Assembly: GCF_006345805.1 (NCBI RefSeq)
Contig: NC_043003.1
Coordinates: forward strand, 110,298,001-110,362,000
Length of the DNA: 64,000 nt
DNA from: Octopus sinensis
Lineage: Eukaryota
Reading direction: 5' to 3'
A program made the position numbers and the translations under genes. The notes beneath the pieces were generated by a model. That model did not search any database. It saw nothing but the letters and a program-made list of their open reading frames with translations, and had not been told where the DNA came from. This document shows, piece after piece, positions 43,951 through 56,395 of the stretch; the stretch's first letter is position 1; every line of letters starts with the position of its first letter.

Positions 43951-44888
43951 TAGTATTTCCAAAAGTCTTGCCCACTTACATTGTCTTCATATTTCTGAAA
44001 CAAGCAGTGTGTGTGCCTTACTGTTTTTTTAAAACGCTTTTGTTTTAAACAGCTTCAGGTGCAAGTCCTTTAATTAATAAATTTCAATGTACTGCTTCAC
44101 TAGTTAAAGGAACATAAAACTTTACTGGCGATTATATATTTTATGAGTTGTTAGTATTTTACTACTTGGAATGCAGACAAAGGTCATATAGTAGTAGTAT
44201 CCTTTTAGAATACATAGACAACGTTGTTGTCTAAGGAAGCCCTGTGCTTGTTAGTTCCGCAATGCTTTTACTAATACTGATTTTTACTTTTAAAGACGAA
44301 GACCTGTAAATAATATTGTATTGACGGGATGGGTGGATATTATTAGATCCAAATGTGTAGGGTACGTTATCTTTAAAAGAACAATTACGTAATAGAATGT
44401 TGTCATATACAGTTGCTGTGTAAATGAACTCTTAGACTAGATAATACAGGCTATTGTATTAGAAACTATATTAGGTTCTTCAGTAATGAAATAAATATGT
44501 AGCGGAAATATCCATTTATATATTAGGTATTACTTTGCGCTACTTATAGAACTCATTAAATAGATAAAGTTGCGTATGCTTTGTTATATTTACGTAACTA
44601 GCGATGGAAAATTTTAATCTGCGTCAGCTGAAGTTGTTAATAAAATTAATATTAAATTCATAACTAGCGAAGTAGGCAAAGCTAATTTGCCATCCATGTG
44701 TAAGCCAAAATTAGAACCATTAAAATTTCCTTTCAGCTACTTCATAGCATATAATTACATCGAGTATTCCTGTAGCATTTAAACAATTTTTTACCAAAGC
44801 TCAATTTAAATCAAAGAGTGGGGTTTCTATAGAACGCATAATAATCTATAAGACTATGTCGTCAATATTAAAATATAATATTTCAAAA

Positions 44889-45067
44889 AGGCGGCGAGCT
44901 GGCAGAAACGTTAGCACGCCGGGCGAGACGCTTCCGTCTGCCGAGATCGACTTTGCATTTCATCCTTTCGGGGTCAATTAAATAAGTACCAGTTACGCAC
45001 TGGGATCGATATAATCGACTCAATTCGTTTGTCCCCTCTATGTTTAGTCCCTTGTGGACAATAAAGG
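44889..45067 (+). mobile_element. tRNA-derived SINE, family B, internally deleted
   Basis: Starts AGGCGGCGAGCTGGCAGAAACGTTAGCACGCCGGGCG and ends TTAGTCCCTTGTGGACAATAAAG; colinear with 61319-61549 but lacks the B-box segment. Confidence 0.85.
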
Positions 45068-45584
45068 ATTAAATATTTTTTTTTTTTAGTTTAAATCAGT
45101 TGAGTCCGTGTTCAATATCTTCAAGTCGGTAACATCAAATCGGATACGTTTTTTACAAGAACATAATAACTATGTTGCTAGCGGCTCACTCATAACCGTT
45201 TGTCTTATTATTTTGTCATTAATTTACTTTTTCCCCGCGTATTAGATACATTTCTGTGTTAGCCAGACAAGAGCATAGTAAACTATGAAGAAGTATTAGG
45301 AACGATTGCGTAATAATTTTATGAGTTAAGCTTCTCTTGAAGACGTTTATTGTGAATTATTTTTCAACCATCCATTGAGTTTCTCACGACATAAGACGGC
45401 ATTGAAATTGGAAAGTAATTTCAGTGGACAGACGTCGGGATTATGAGTTCGTTGCCGCGGATTAAGGAAGGTAGTTCCGTTCTCCATCAAAGTGTACACG
45501 ATTACGGCAGTAAGTTATTCTATATAGCTAGTGTTAAACATTTCATATTTATTTTCTATACTGAATATAGTAAAAAGTGAACGA

Positions 45585-45674
<90 letters not shown>
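45585..45674. repeat. Pure (TATC)n tract forming the 5' flank of the full-length LINE
   Basis: Directly visible. Confidence 0.97.
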
Positions 45675-45738
45675 GGGCGAAATTACAAAAAAACTTTCAA
45701 AACTTTCGTGGGTTTTTTAGCCATTTTTCATTTTGAAA

Positions 45739-47763
45739 ATGGCAACTAGAAACCACGTGGCTAGCCCGCCAGTCATGCAGAACGGTAGCAAAACACTATT
45801 GCTACCACTAGCTGCTAAACATCGCAGCGTGAACACCGCTGTCACCACCATCACCACCACCACCAACAACAACAACAAATCTAACGTCGCATTCACCATC
45901 GCCGCGACCAAAGACATTAACTTAGATTTCCCCTCACTCCCCACACCACTTGTTGATGATAAAGGGACAGAGAAAGGGATTTCAAAAATGAATACAACGA
46001 AAACATGAATGCCAGCACCACCACCATCACCACCAACAACAACAACAACGAAATGGCACAAAGCCGCCTACCAAAGACAACACCGCCAACACCAACACCA
46101 CTACTACGACGTCAAATGCTACATCCAAGCCTTCTGCTGCTAATACCGCCAACACCAACACCACTACCATGACTTCAATTAACACTGCCACAATTAACAC
46201 TTCTACTGCCAAATTCAAAACGAATTTTGCGGACGTAGCAAAACAAAAAAGAACAATTGTAACATTCACCACACAAGAGATAAACCGCACAAAGGCACTC
46301 TTCTCCAAAGAAGGAGACAAATTGCACCTTCATATTCCACAACACATCGTGGAAAACACGCAAAAAAAACAATAATTTATAAAGTAAAACAAAAAAACAA
46401 GAAGAACAGAAAATGCACCGCAGGAAAAAATCGATAAATGCCTTCGTCCTGTATGGGACTCCAAGGAATATATCAGTTGGGGAAACAAATTTGGTACAGT
46501 CCAAGTACGTTTCCTCAACGAAAGTTTAGCAAAACGTTTTTCCACATTGGAGCTACATTCGGACGACTTGTAATGATACCAGTCTATTTAAACAAAAGGG
46601 TCAGAAAGTCCAAATAAAAAACATACCATTTGATGTCGAAACACAATGGGTGGTCTCTGCCATCTGCTTTGAAATGTCAGAGACAATGTCAGAGACAAAC
46701 ATCCTGGAAATCGCGGTTCTAGGAGAGAAAGACTATGTGGGCAAATCAATCGAATTCCTGCTTCAATTGGATGAAGCAGCAAGAGAGAAGATACCCACAC
46801 CGCTATAGAACTGCCAGGAGGCTACAAACTCTATATAGTGGTAGAGGGCAGGCGACCACGCTGCTATTTGTGTGAAGCGAAACACACTTGAAAAAGACGT
46901 GCCCAACCACTGCACACCAAGAGCAACAACAACAACCACTACCACAACCAAGCACTCCGGAAAAAAAGCTCTACTACCCACACCACCATCAACACAGAAG
47001 ACGACAAGAGAAGCACACCAAGCTAATCCGTCATCAACCAAAAACCACTCGACACCTGGAAAAATACCAACACTACCATCAACAGCAAACCCAAAGGAAC
47101 AGAAAAACAAAGAAAAAACACACACAAACTGCCCCCATCCCTTATACCGCACTCAACACACACAAACACTCAACAACCAACAACAACGAAAACAACAACA
47201 CAACCACTTACACAGACATACATAGAAGCCCACAACATACCCCTACCCCCTTCTGATTCCTCAGAAATTTCGTCGGAGACGAAACCAGTGAGGAATGGCA
47301 AATAGCTACAAAAAGAAGGAAAATAAAGAGCAGAAACACAACCAAACCAAATGCAAACACGAACAAAGCAGGGGGAAATACATCTCCGAAGACATTTCAA
47401 AACCCAACGCAAACAACAGCCACACCAACACCACAAAAACATATACAGCAAACATGCTCACAGCCATAGACACCAAAACACAAATTTGATGGAATACATC
47501 CAATCAAAAACAAACATAACAGAAGATGACATAAAAACAAACAACCACCCATACACAACACCACCAGACCACATCAAAATAATACACATCTCCAAAAGTC
47601 TGCACCACACACTCAAGGCATTTTCCCCAGTGCGGTTGGTAAATGCCAAAAATATCTCACAAAGAAACTGTACTGGGATCTTCTCGAGGACAACCAACGG
47701 AGGAGAAAGCAAAACTTTCGAGCAGTAAGTAACCCTCTGTATTCTAATTCATTAGAACTATGA
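45739..47763 (+). pseudogene. LINE ORF1 (Thr/Asn-rich N-terminus, RRM-like region, CX2CX4HX4C knuckle), split by multiple -1 frameshifts in this sequence
   Basis: ATG at 45739. Reconstructed segments include KVQIKNIPFDVETQWVV and IVVEGRRPRCYLCEAKxHLKKTCP (~46835-46905). The last frame KYLTKKLYWDLLEDNQRRRKQNF ends at TGA 47761-63. Frame joining is my reconstruction. Confidence 0.75.
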
Positions 47764-50700
47764 TCAAGATTGGTTGTGTAAATGCGCGTGGCTTGGGGTC
47801 CCCTTGGAAACAAGGGTACCTCTTAAATGACATAAAGTCACATAAGTTAGAAATCATAGCCATAAGCGAGACCAGACTCCACAATCCGCGGGCCCTAAAG
47901 ACCATGTTTGGCGGACAGTTCAACATTTATTTTTCCCCCTGTCTGCCGAGAATGGGCGGTAGTGGCACCGCGGTACTTTTTCACAAGAGTCTGGATCTCA
48001 ATGTAAGGACAATATTCGTAGACCCGGAGGGTAGACTGGTCGTCCTGGATGTCGACGGCAGCAATGGGTGCGCTTTTCGGCTCGTATCAGTTTACGCACC
48101 GCCCTTAACAGGTCGGGCGGATTTCTTTCAACGTCTAGAAGTTTTCTTGGGAACGTCTCGTCCTTTACTCTTAGTGGGGGATTGGAATGCTACCTTGGAC
48201 ACGCATGTAGACTACGTGGGTAGAGATAGGAATAGACGGGGATGCAAATGCCTCAGAGACCTGCTCAGACGCTTTCAACTGTCTGACAGGTTCGACTAGA
48301 CCACCCGAATGCGCCAACGTGGACATGGAGCAACCGCATCGGGTCGTCGAGATCGTATCTAGATAGGATACTGTGTAGGACAGTAGATAGAGATAGCATA
48401 GGATGTCCACAATTCCACATAGTCAGCTACACGGATCACAAACTTGTGACATGTACGCTAGACTTAGGTAAGACACTTAGGCAGGGTCCCGGATACTGGA
48501 AACTAAACGCGTCTTTCCCATCGAGACAAGTTTTCAGAGACCGGATTAGCACACTAGTAAAGAGGGCTTTGACGGGAGCCATCATCAACAACAAATGGTG
48601 GTTTGCCCTCAAGAGAGCAGTAAAAGCAGAAGCGATTAGGTACAGCAAAGCACTAGCCATAGATAGAAATAGAGTAGAGGGTGAGCTAGTTAAGAAGCTA
48701 GAAGAGGCAATTAGAAGCGGCATCGCATCCGACGTTTTGGCGGCGAGGTTGGCCCTCGACCAACACTTCAACGCCAAACACGAAGGATGTGCTGTCAGAG
48801 CTAGGATGCGTGCTCTAAGGAACGAAGGTGTTGGAGCCGCGAGAGAGGCCCGGGTGGCAGAGGCGCAACAGGGCAACAAAGCCACCATTCGGTCACTGGT
48901 AGATGAACAGGGGCGCGAATTGCTCGAGCCAAGTAAAATGTGTGAGGCCTTTCAGCAGCATTTTGCCCGACTGTTCGGAACGAGTGGAGGGCAAGAACGT
49001 AGGGTGGACTTCAGTGCCTACCTACATAGCCTACCACGACTCTCGACAAGAAAGGCAGGGTGCTGCGAAGGTGCCATCACGGCGGCGGAAGTGCGGGAAG
49101 CGATGGCAGAATGCTCGAGGGACAAATCACCGGGTTTGGATGGTCTAACCTACGAGCTTTACAATGTATGCCAGACTTGTTTGGAGATCTCTTGGCGGCG
49201 GTGTACTGCAACTGGCAGCAAAACGGGAGCATTCCTGGTTTTGTGAGCCGAGGAGCCGTAACACTGCTGAAGAAAGATCTAAACAAGGGAAATGTAATAG
49301 ATAACTTTAGGCCCATCACTCTGCTTAATGCAGACTTGAAAATTTTGGCCAAGGTGCTAGCCAAGAGGTTGGCGCTTGTCATCGAGAAACTGGTCGACAA
49401 GGCGCAAACATGCGCCGTGCCAGGCCGGACCATCCATGACAACCTCCATCTGATGCGCTACATCATAGACAGGGTAGTTAACGAACCTGGCATGGGTGGG
49501 GCCCTGATCAACTTGGATCAATCAAAAGCCTTTGATAGGGTAGACCATCGATACTTGGAGGCAGTCCTGAGAGCGGCTGGTTTCGGTCCCGTCTTCCGCG
49601 GCTGGATAGCTGCCTTGTACAGAGGCATCCGTTCGGTAATTCGCGTAAATGGACATCTATCGAGACCTTTCGACATTGCACGTTCGGTCCGTCAGGGATG
49701 CCCCCTCTCGGCGCTTCTATACGTATTGACTCTTGAGCCACTACTGCGGAAGCTGGCGACTCTAAGGGGCATCCCGCGAGAATTGGGATGCGGGACGAGC
49801 GTGTCTGCATACGCGGACGACGTCACCGTCATAGTGTCTAGCCACGAGCACATCGAGCTGGTCGGCGAGACACTGAAAAACTACGAAGCGGTGACAGGAG
49901 CGAAAATCAACCGGGAAAAGTCAGTGGGCTTGCGACTAGGCACCTGGAGAAGCAAGCCCATGCCGTCCACCAGCGCCTCCGTCGTGGGACGCTGGACCGA
50001 CGGCCCGGTTGAGTTGCTCGGGGTCTGGTTTGGTCCGGACCTCCAAGTGGAGAAGAACTGGAACGAGATAACGAGTAGGGTGGTCACTCTCGCCCGGCAA
50101 TGGGCCGAGAGGAAACTGTCCCTAAAAGGTCGAGCGGAGGTGGCGAACACGTACATCGCGTCCGTCATCTACTACCGCCTGACCGTCGTACCTTGTCCCG
50201 ACCCTACCATCACCAAACTACAACGCATCCTCTTTCGCTTCTTGTGGAAAGGATGCGTCCCGATGGTCAGGCGATCCATTTGCTGTCAACACCCGTTCAA
50301 AGGAGGGCTGGGCATGCCGTGGTTGATGATGCGCAGACACGCGCTGAGACTGCGACATCTCTGGCTCTATGTAGACGACGGTGAACAGGTGTGGTCGCCG
50401 TTTGTGAGGCACGCTTCCCGCAGCTCGTCTCCATGACCGAACTGCAGTCGTGGATCAAAAAGAGGCCGAGGAAGGGCGAATGGCACCGCGAGTGTCGCGT
50501 TGCTCTCAAGCAACTCTGCCGTCCTGGTCGACCTTAAGTGACTTCAACACAACCAAAGCATTCTATAGGGGTTTAGTGGAGGGGAGGTACGACGACGAGC
50601 TCGGGGCGAACCTGGACGTCGACGAGGAGTACCTGACCCGCCTGTTCGGGACGACTTTCGGGCCAGGGCCCATGGACAACTTCCAGAGATCCCTGGCCTG

Positions 50701-51193
50701 GCAGTGCTACCGAGAAGCGCTACCCGTTCGGGATAAGCTCTACAGACACGGCTTGAGAAACACGGGGCCGACCTGCCCGAGATGCGGTCAGAGCGACGAA
50801 ACCGTTCTGCACGCACTCGTTCAGTGTCCAACAATTTCCGACCTGTGGGCTTATGTCGAACAACTGCTGTCACGTGTGGGACGAGTCGGTTTATCAGCTG
50901 AGTCTATCGTCAATATTGTCACGCCTCCTTCCTTCAAACGGGAAGGAAGAGCTATTTTCATCATCCTTGTGGCTATGGCGAAAGAATGTATCTGGTGGAC
51001 GCGTCTGAAAGGATTGGAGACAAACACTTTCCTCTCTGGTCAATCTCTCATCAACTTCTTCAAGTACCACTTGAAAAGGAAAGTGAGAGTAGAGAGGCAA
51101 GTTTTGTCTAGCGAATGTTTTAAAAAAAGATGGGTGAATGTAGCAAGAATGGCACGTATGAATGACGAAGCCACCTTGAGCATAGTCCTATGA
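47760..51193 (+). pseudogene. LINE ORF2 (APE endonuclease, reverse transcriptase, C-terminal CCHC); four -1 frameshifts, no in-frame stops
   Basis: APE motifs NARGL, ISETRL, SVYAP, LVGDWN, SYLDRI and TDH; RT motifs as above; C-terminal CPRCGQSDETVLHALVQC. Shifts at ~48293, ~49166, ~50415 and ~50526. Confidence 0.93.
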
Positions 51194-51488
51194 ACCAGAA
51201 ATCGAAAACAGAGAGTTGCTTATTGCAAAAAAAAAAAAAAAAAAAAAGAAATATAAAATGTGACTTCATTGACCGAGGTTACCGTGGTCTTTTCGCAGGC
51301 TTTTCTTTCACGGGTAAACCTCACCTGTCCTCCCCTTTACACTTCATATTGACATTTCTGTGATAACGATCCCTATTGATCATTTTTTTTTCCTCTGCCC
51401 CCCTTTTTTTTTTTTTTTTTTTTTTTAACCCCCCTATTTTTTGTCCTCTTTCTCTCCTTTTACGATCCCTTTTGATCGAACCTCCCCT

Positions 51489-51519
<31 letters not shown>

Positions 51520-51621
51520 TACCTTCAAAAGAAAAGCTCTACCTTGTAATTTGTTCTATCTGTGTGCAGCCTGTGTGGCTAATAAAGAAACATATCTATC
51601 TATCTATCTAGCTATCTATAT

Positions 51622-53556
51622 ATCTCGTCGCTTCTATACGTATTGACTCTCGAGCCATTATTGCGAAGCTGGCAACTTTGAGGGGCATCCCGCGAGAACT
51701 GGGATGCGGGACGAGCGTGTCTGCATACGCGGACGACGTCACCGTCATAGTGTCTACCACGAGCACATGAGCAGGTCGGCGAGACACTGAAAAACTACGA
51801 AGCGGTGACAGGAGCGAAAATCAACCGGAAAAGTCAGTGGGCTTGCGACTAGGCACCTGGAGAAGCAAGACCATGCCGTCCACCAGCGCCTCCGTCGTGG
51901 GGACGCGGACCGACGGCCGGTTGAGTTGCTCGGGGTCTGGTTTGTTCCGGACCTCCAAGTGGAGAAGAACTGGAACGAGATAACGAGTAGGGTGGCCACT
52001 CTCGCCCGGCAATGGGCCGAGAGGAAACTGTCCCTAAAAGGTCAGGCGGAGGTGGCGAACACGTACATCGCGTCCGTCATCTACTACCGCCTGACCGTCG
52101 TACCTTGTCCCGACCCTACCATCACCAAACTACAACGCATTCTCTTTCGCTTCTTGTGGAAAGGATGCGTCCCGATGGTCAGGCGATCCATTTGCTGTCA
52201 ACACCCGTTAAAAGGAGGGCTGGGCATGCCGTGGTTGATGATGCGCAGACATTGATGCGCTGAGACTGCGACATCTCTGGCTCTATGTAGACGACGGTGA
52301 ACAGGTGTGGTCGCCGTTTGTGAGGCACGCTTTCCCGCAGCTCGTCTCCATGACCGAACTGCAGTCGTGGTTCAAAAAGAGGCCGAGGAAGGCGAATGGC
52401 ACCACGAGTGTCGCGTTGCTCTTAAGCAACTCTGCCGTCCTGGGTCGACCTTGAGTGACTTCAACACAACCAAAGCATTCTATAGGGGATTAGTGGAGGG
52501 GAGGTACGACGACGAGATCGGGGCGAACCTGTACGTCGACGAGGAGTACCTGACCCGCCTGTTCAGGACGACTTTCGGGCCAGGGCCCATGGACAACGTC
52601 CAGAGATCTCTGGCCTGGCAGTGTTACCGAGAAGCGCTACCCGTTCGGGATAAGCTCTACAGACACGGCTCGAGAAACACGGGGCCGACCTGCCCGAGAT
52701 GCGGTCAGAATGACGAAACCGTTCTGCACGCATTCGTGCAGTGTCTAACAATTTCCGACCTGTGGGTTTGTGTCGAACAACTGCTGTCACGTGTGGGACG
52801 AGTCGGTTTATCAGCTGAGTCTATCGTCAATATTGTCACGCCTCCTTCCTTCAAACGGGAAGGAAGAGCTATTTTCATCATCCTTGTGGCTATGGCGAAA
52901 GAATGTATCTGGTGGACGCGTCTGAAAGGATTGGAGACAAACACTTTCCTCTCTGGTCAATCTCTCATCAACTTCTTCAAGTACCACTTGAAAAGGAAAG
53001 TGAGAGTAGAGAGGCAAGTTTTGTCTAGCGAATGTTTTAAAAAAAGATGGGTGAATGTAGCAAGGATGGCACGTATGAATGACGAAGCCACCTTGAGCAT
53101 AATCCTATGAACCCAGAAATTGGAAACAGAGTGTTACCCACTTGCAAACAAATGTGGTAACGTTTAACAATATTGACCAAGGTTACCGTGGTCTTTTTCG
53201 TAGGCTTTTCTTCCCACGGATAAACCTTACTTGCTTTCCCCTTTACACCATATATCATAACACTGTGATACACGATCCGTATTGATCGTTCCTTTTTTTT
53301 TTTCCTCTTCCCCTTTTTTTCCCCTTTTTCTTCTTTTTCATTTCTCTTTTCTTTTGTTCCTTTCCCTTTCTTTTTTTCTTTTATTCTTTTTATTTTTTAT
53401 TCTATTATTTTTTATTAAAAAAAATTTTTTTTGTTCTTTTCTTCCCTTTTACGATCCCTCTTGATCGAAAACCTACGCCACCCCCTTTTTTTCATCCCCC
53501 AAAAGAAAAGCTCTACCTTGTAACTGTGTGCAGCCCTGTGTGGCCAATAAAGAAAC
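51622..53556 (+). mobile_element. Tx1-like LINE copy 3, 5'-truncated within RT, directly behind copy 2 after a short (TATC)n spacer; variant 3'UTR
   Basis: Matches copy 2 from ~49704 onward; ORF2 stop at 53110; ends AATAAAGAAAC then (TATC)n 53557-53700. Confidence 0.95.
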
Positions 53557-53624
53557 TTATCTATCTATCTACCTATCAATCTATCGATCTAGCTATCTAC
53601 CTATCTATCTATCTGTCTATCTAT

Positions 53625-53696
<72 letters not shown>

Positions 53697-54485
53697 TTAC
53701 CTATTTGTATGTATGTATACTTATCCATACACACACTCACGCACACAAATGCATTCACATCTAAGTATGTAAATGACTTCCTACCTTTCAAGTGTTGCAC
53801 TAATAACGTTGAGAAAACATAAACATCTGGTTTTGTCTTTTGCTTGCATTTGCTCATTACCGTATATACATTCATGCATACATACATATACGGATGTACG
53901 TTTTTCAGTGTGTATGTGTACCGATATAGAGAAATCGATTGATTGACAGATGCATGTTTTATATGTATATGTTTGAGGTTTGAAGAATGTATATATATAT
54001 ATGAATGTCTATAATACTTTGCATTAATGATAGGAGATACAAAATTGCATGTGGAAAGCCCTCCATAATATACCATTATTGTAGAAATGGTAAATCACGC
54101 TTCCTTACACACAATTGCACATTTATTGCATAATTTAACAGACGTCACACAAACGCACAGACACGTACAGATCCACACATACAAACAGACACACGCACGC
54201 ACACACATACATATACATACATTCACACGTATAGATACGTGCATATATGTACAGATACATAATTGTGTATGTATAAGTGTGTGTGTCTGTGCGTGTGATT
54301 GTGTATGCATGTATGTATGTTTATATATTTACAATGCTCGCGTATTTTGGGGCCTTGCCAATAACGATCTCCAATATCGATTCTGCTGTTGATAGGATCA
54401 CCTAAAGATCACACAAATCCGTCATGGATCTGATCCTGCGCGGTGGCAGTTAAACAATGCAGGAGAGCAAAGCAAGGTAATACAC

Positions 54486-54520
<35 letters not shown>

Positions 54521-54526
54521 ATACAC

Positions 54527-54598
54527 ACACACACTCACTCCCACACTCCCACACACACTCACTCCCACACTCCCACACACACTCACTCCCACACTCCC
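54527..54598. repeat. 24-bp minisatellite, 3 exact copies
   Basis: ACACACACTCACTCCCACACTCCC x3. Confidence 0.95.
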
Positions 54599-54846
54599 AC
54601 ACACACATACACATATATACGTTATATATATGTATATATATTAATGTATTGTGTGCATGTATAACGTATTTATTTCTCACACAATCACATCTCCATAAAC
54701 ACGTATGTACATACAGACATGCGCACACACATACATATATTTATGTATTGTGCATGTATGTATGTGTATATATATATATATAGATATGTATATATAGCGG
54801 GTCTTCTTCTAGCATAATGAATGTCCATTTACAGGTCATCTCTCTG

Positions 54847-54902
<56 letters not shown>

Positions 54903-55689
54903 GTATATATATATATAACATATTTGGTGTGTGTGAAAGAGAGAGAGGCAGGTGGGTAGAGATCGAGGAGACAGAGATAATCATACTACAGTCGGGTTAT
55001 ATTTCCTCCACTATAAATATGTATGACTTCTGTCTTACTCTCACGTATATCTTACAATTTTTGTGAGTAAGATTAAGCGATTTTGGTGACAGTGAAGAAT
55101 GATGTCCTTTGGAGTGGTGATATATAACGTCGAGTTCCCCAGCTTACAGCAATGCGAAGATAAACACAAAATGAAAGGATATGATATCAGGTCTGTTGAA
55201 TTTAGATAAAGTAATTAATATGCTCTCCACTTTTTGTTCACGTGGTGGTAAACTACCGATTTGTACTGGAAACACACCTACAATTATATTGACACCACTC
55301 CCATAAATCTCTCGACGCGAAATACTCATTTCAGGACATGGATTACTTGTACTCTACAACGATGAAAGAACTAATTGCTATACTTTGTAAAAAACCCTGT
55401 GTTATCTTGGGGATGTGTTAAAGGAAAATTCATGGTATTTGCAGACGGAAATACACATTAACCTCACATATTGTAGCAAAATAAAGATTATTCCAAACGC
55501 AACATGGAAAGGGCTTCACCGTTAGTAAGAGCAGAATAAATTAGTATCTGCACAGATTATCCCATAATCTTATCACTACGTATATTTCTGCAATCTCACC
55601 AAGTATTTATTTTTCCACACTTCAATATTATAAACCCTAAATATATGGGGAAATGTTGGAGAAAGTTTAATGGAGAAATACATCAAAAT

Positions 55690-56395
55690 GCCTGTGATAA
55701 AGGACATCATAGTAGTCCTATGGCAAGCAGGAATTACGAATTAGCTCTAGAATTAAAGATTTGTGGATCCTTTGGGGTGAAACCAAGAAAGCGCAACGGA
55801 CTACAACTTAAAGAATTGAAAGTATAGGCCAACGAGCATAGAATGTTTGCAACAAACAGCTTCGTCTAAGACGTAAAAATATCCTAGACTGGCGTCAGGT
55901 AAGCACTCCAGATATCGATAACTGCAGAGAAAAGAAGGTAGAAATATTAATCATGAGTCACTCATAATGCATTGCATATCGTGATTCACGACATAGAACT
56001 CAGAAAGGAACAGAAGGAGATTTTGGTGAAATAAATGCAATTCAATAGGATGACCTGCAAATTTGCGGCGGCATTGTCTAATAGCGTTTCCAAATCAAGC
56101 ATTTAAGACATATGGTGAGTCTAGATGTGATAAGTCTGTTCACCAAAGTCTCAACTGGTGAAGCACTATGGGTGATTCAAGAAAAGCTGGTGACAGACAC
56201 TCATATAAAAGAACGCACTCGGATACCAACAAGAAACATGATGGAACAACATCGAAAGATACCTTAGGAATGAGAACCCGGGTACAAAATTTCCCCCAAA
56301 CACCTGATGAAGCTGGAGGGTATATTAGCCGAAATGTTGTGTTAACGAAGAATAAGATGAGGACAAATAACTATCAAATGTAAATAATAAACCAT
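55690..56395 (+). mobile_element. Internally deleted Penelope/Poseidon-type PLE relic: RT fragment joined to the hammerhead-bearing terminus
   Basis: MVSLDVISLFTKVSTGEAL at 56112-56168 resembles the PLE RT motif SFDVxSLFTxVP; a hammerhead follows. The left boundary is uncertain. Confidence 0.65.
56298..56343 (+). ncRNA. Minimal type I hammerhead ribozyme motif (PLE pLTR type)
   Basis: Stem I AACAC/GTGTT; CTGATGA 56304-10; stem II GCTG/TAGC around a 10-nt loop; GAAA 56331-34; loopless stem III; triplet GTT 56336-38. Confidence 0.65.

Larger units (their letters stand above)
45675..51592 (+). mobile_element. Full-length (~5.9 kb) Tx1/L1-clade non-LTR retrotransposon (copy 2) embedded in (TATC)n
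   Basis: Short 5'UTR, ORF1, ORF2 (APE-RT-CCHC) and ~400-nt 3'UTR ending AATAAAGAAACA. RT motifs FRPITLLNADLKILAK, LDQSKAFDRVDH, VRQGCPLS and YADDV are Tx1/L1-like. Confidence 0.93.

Noticed and set aside
47458-53017. Numerous minus-strand and alternate-frame ORFs over the LINE copies
   Set aside because: Shadows of GC-rich ORF2; no independent motifs.
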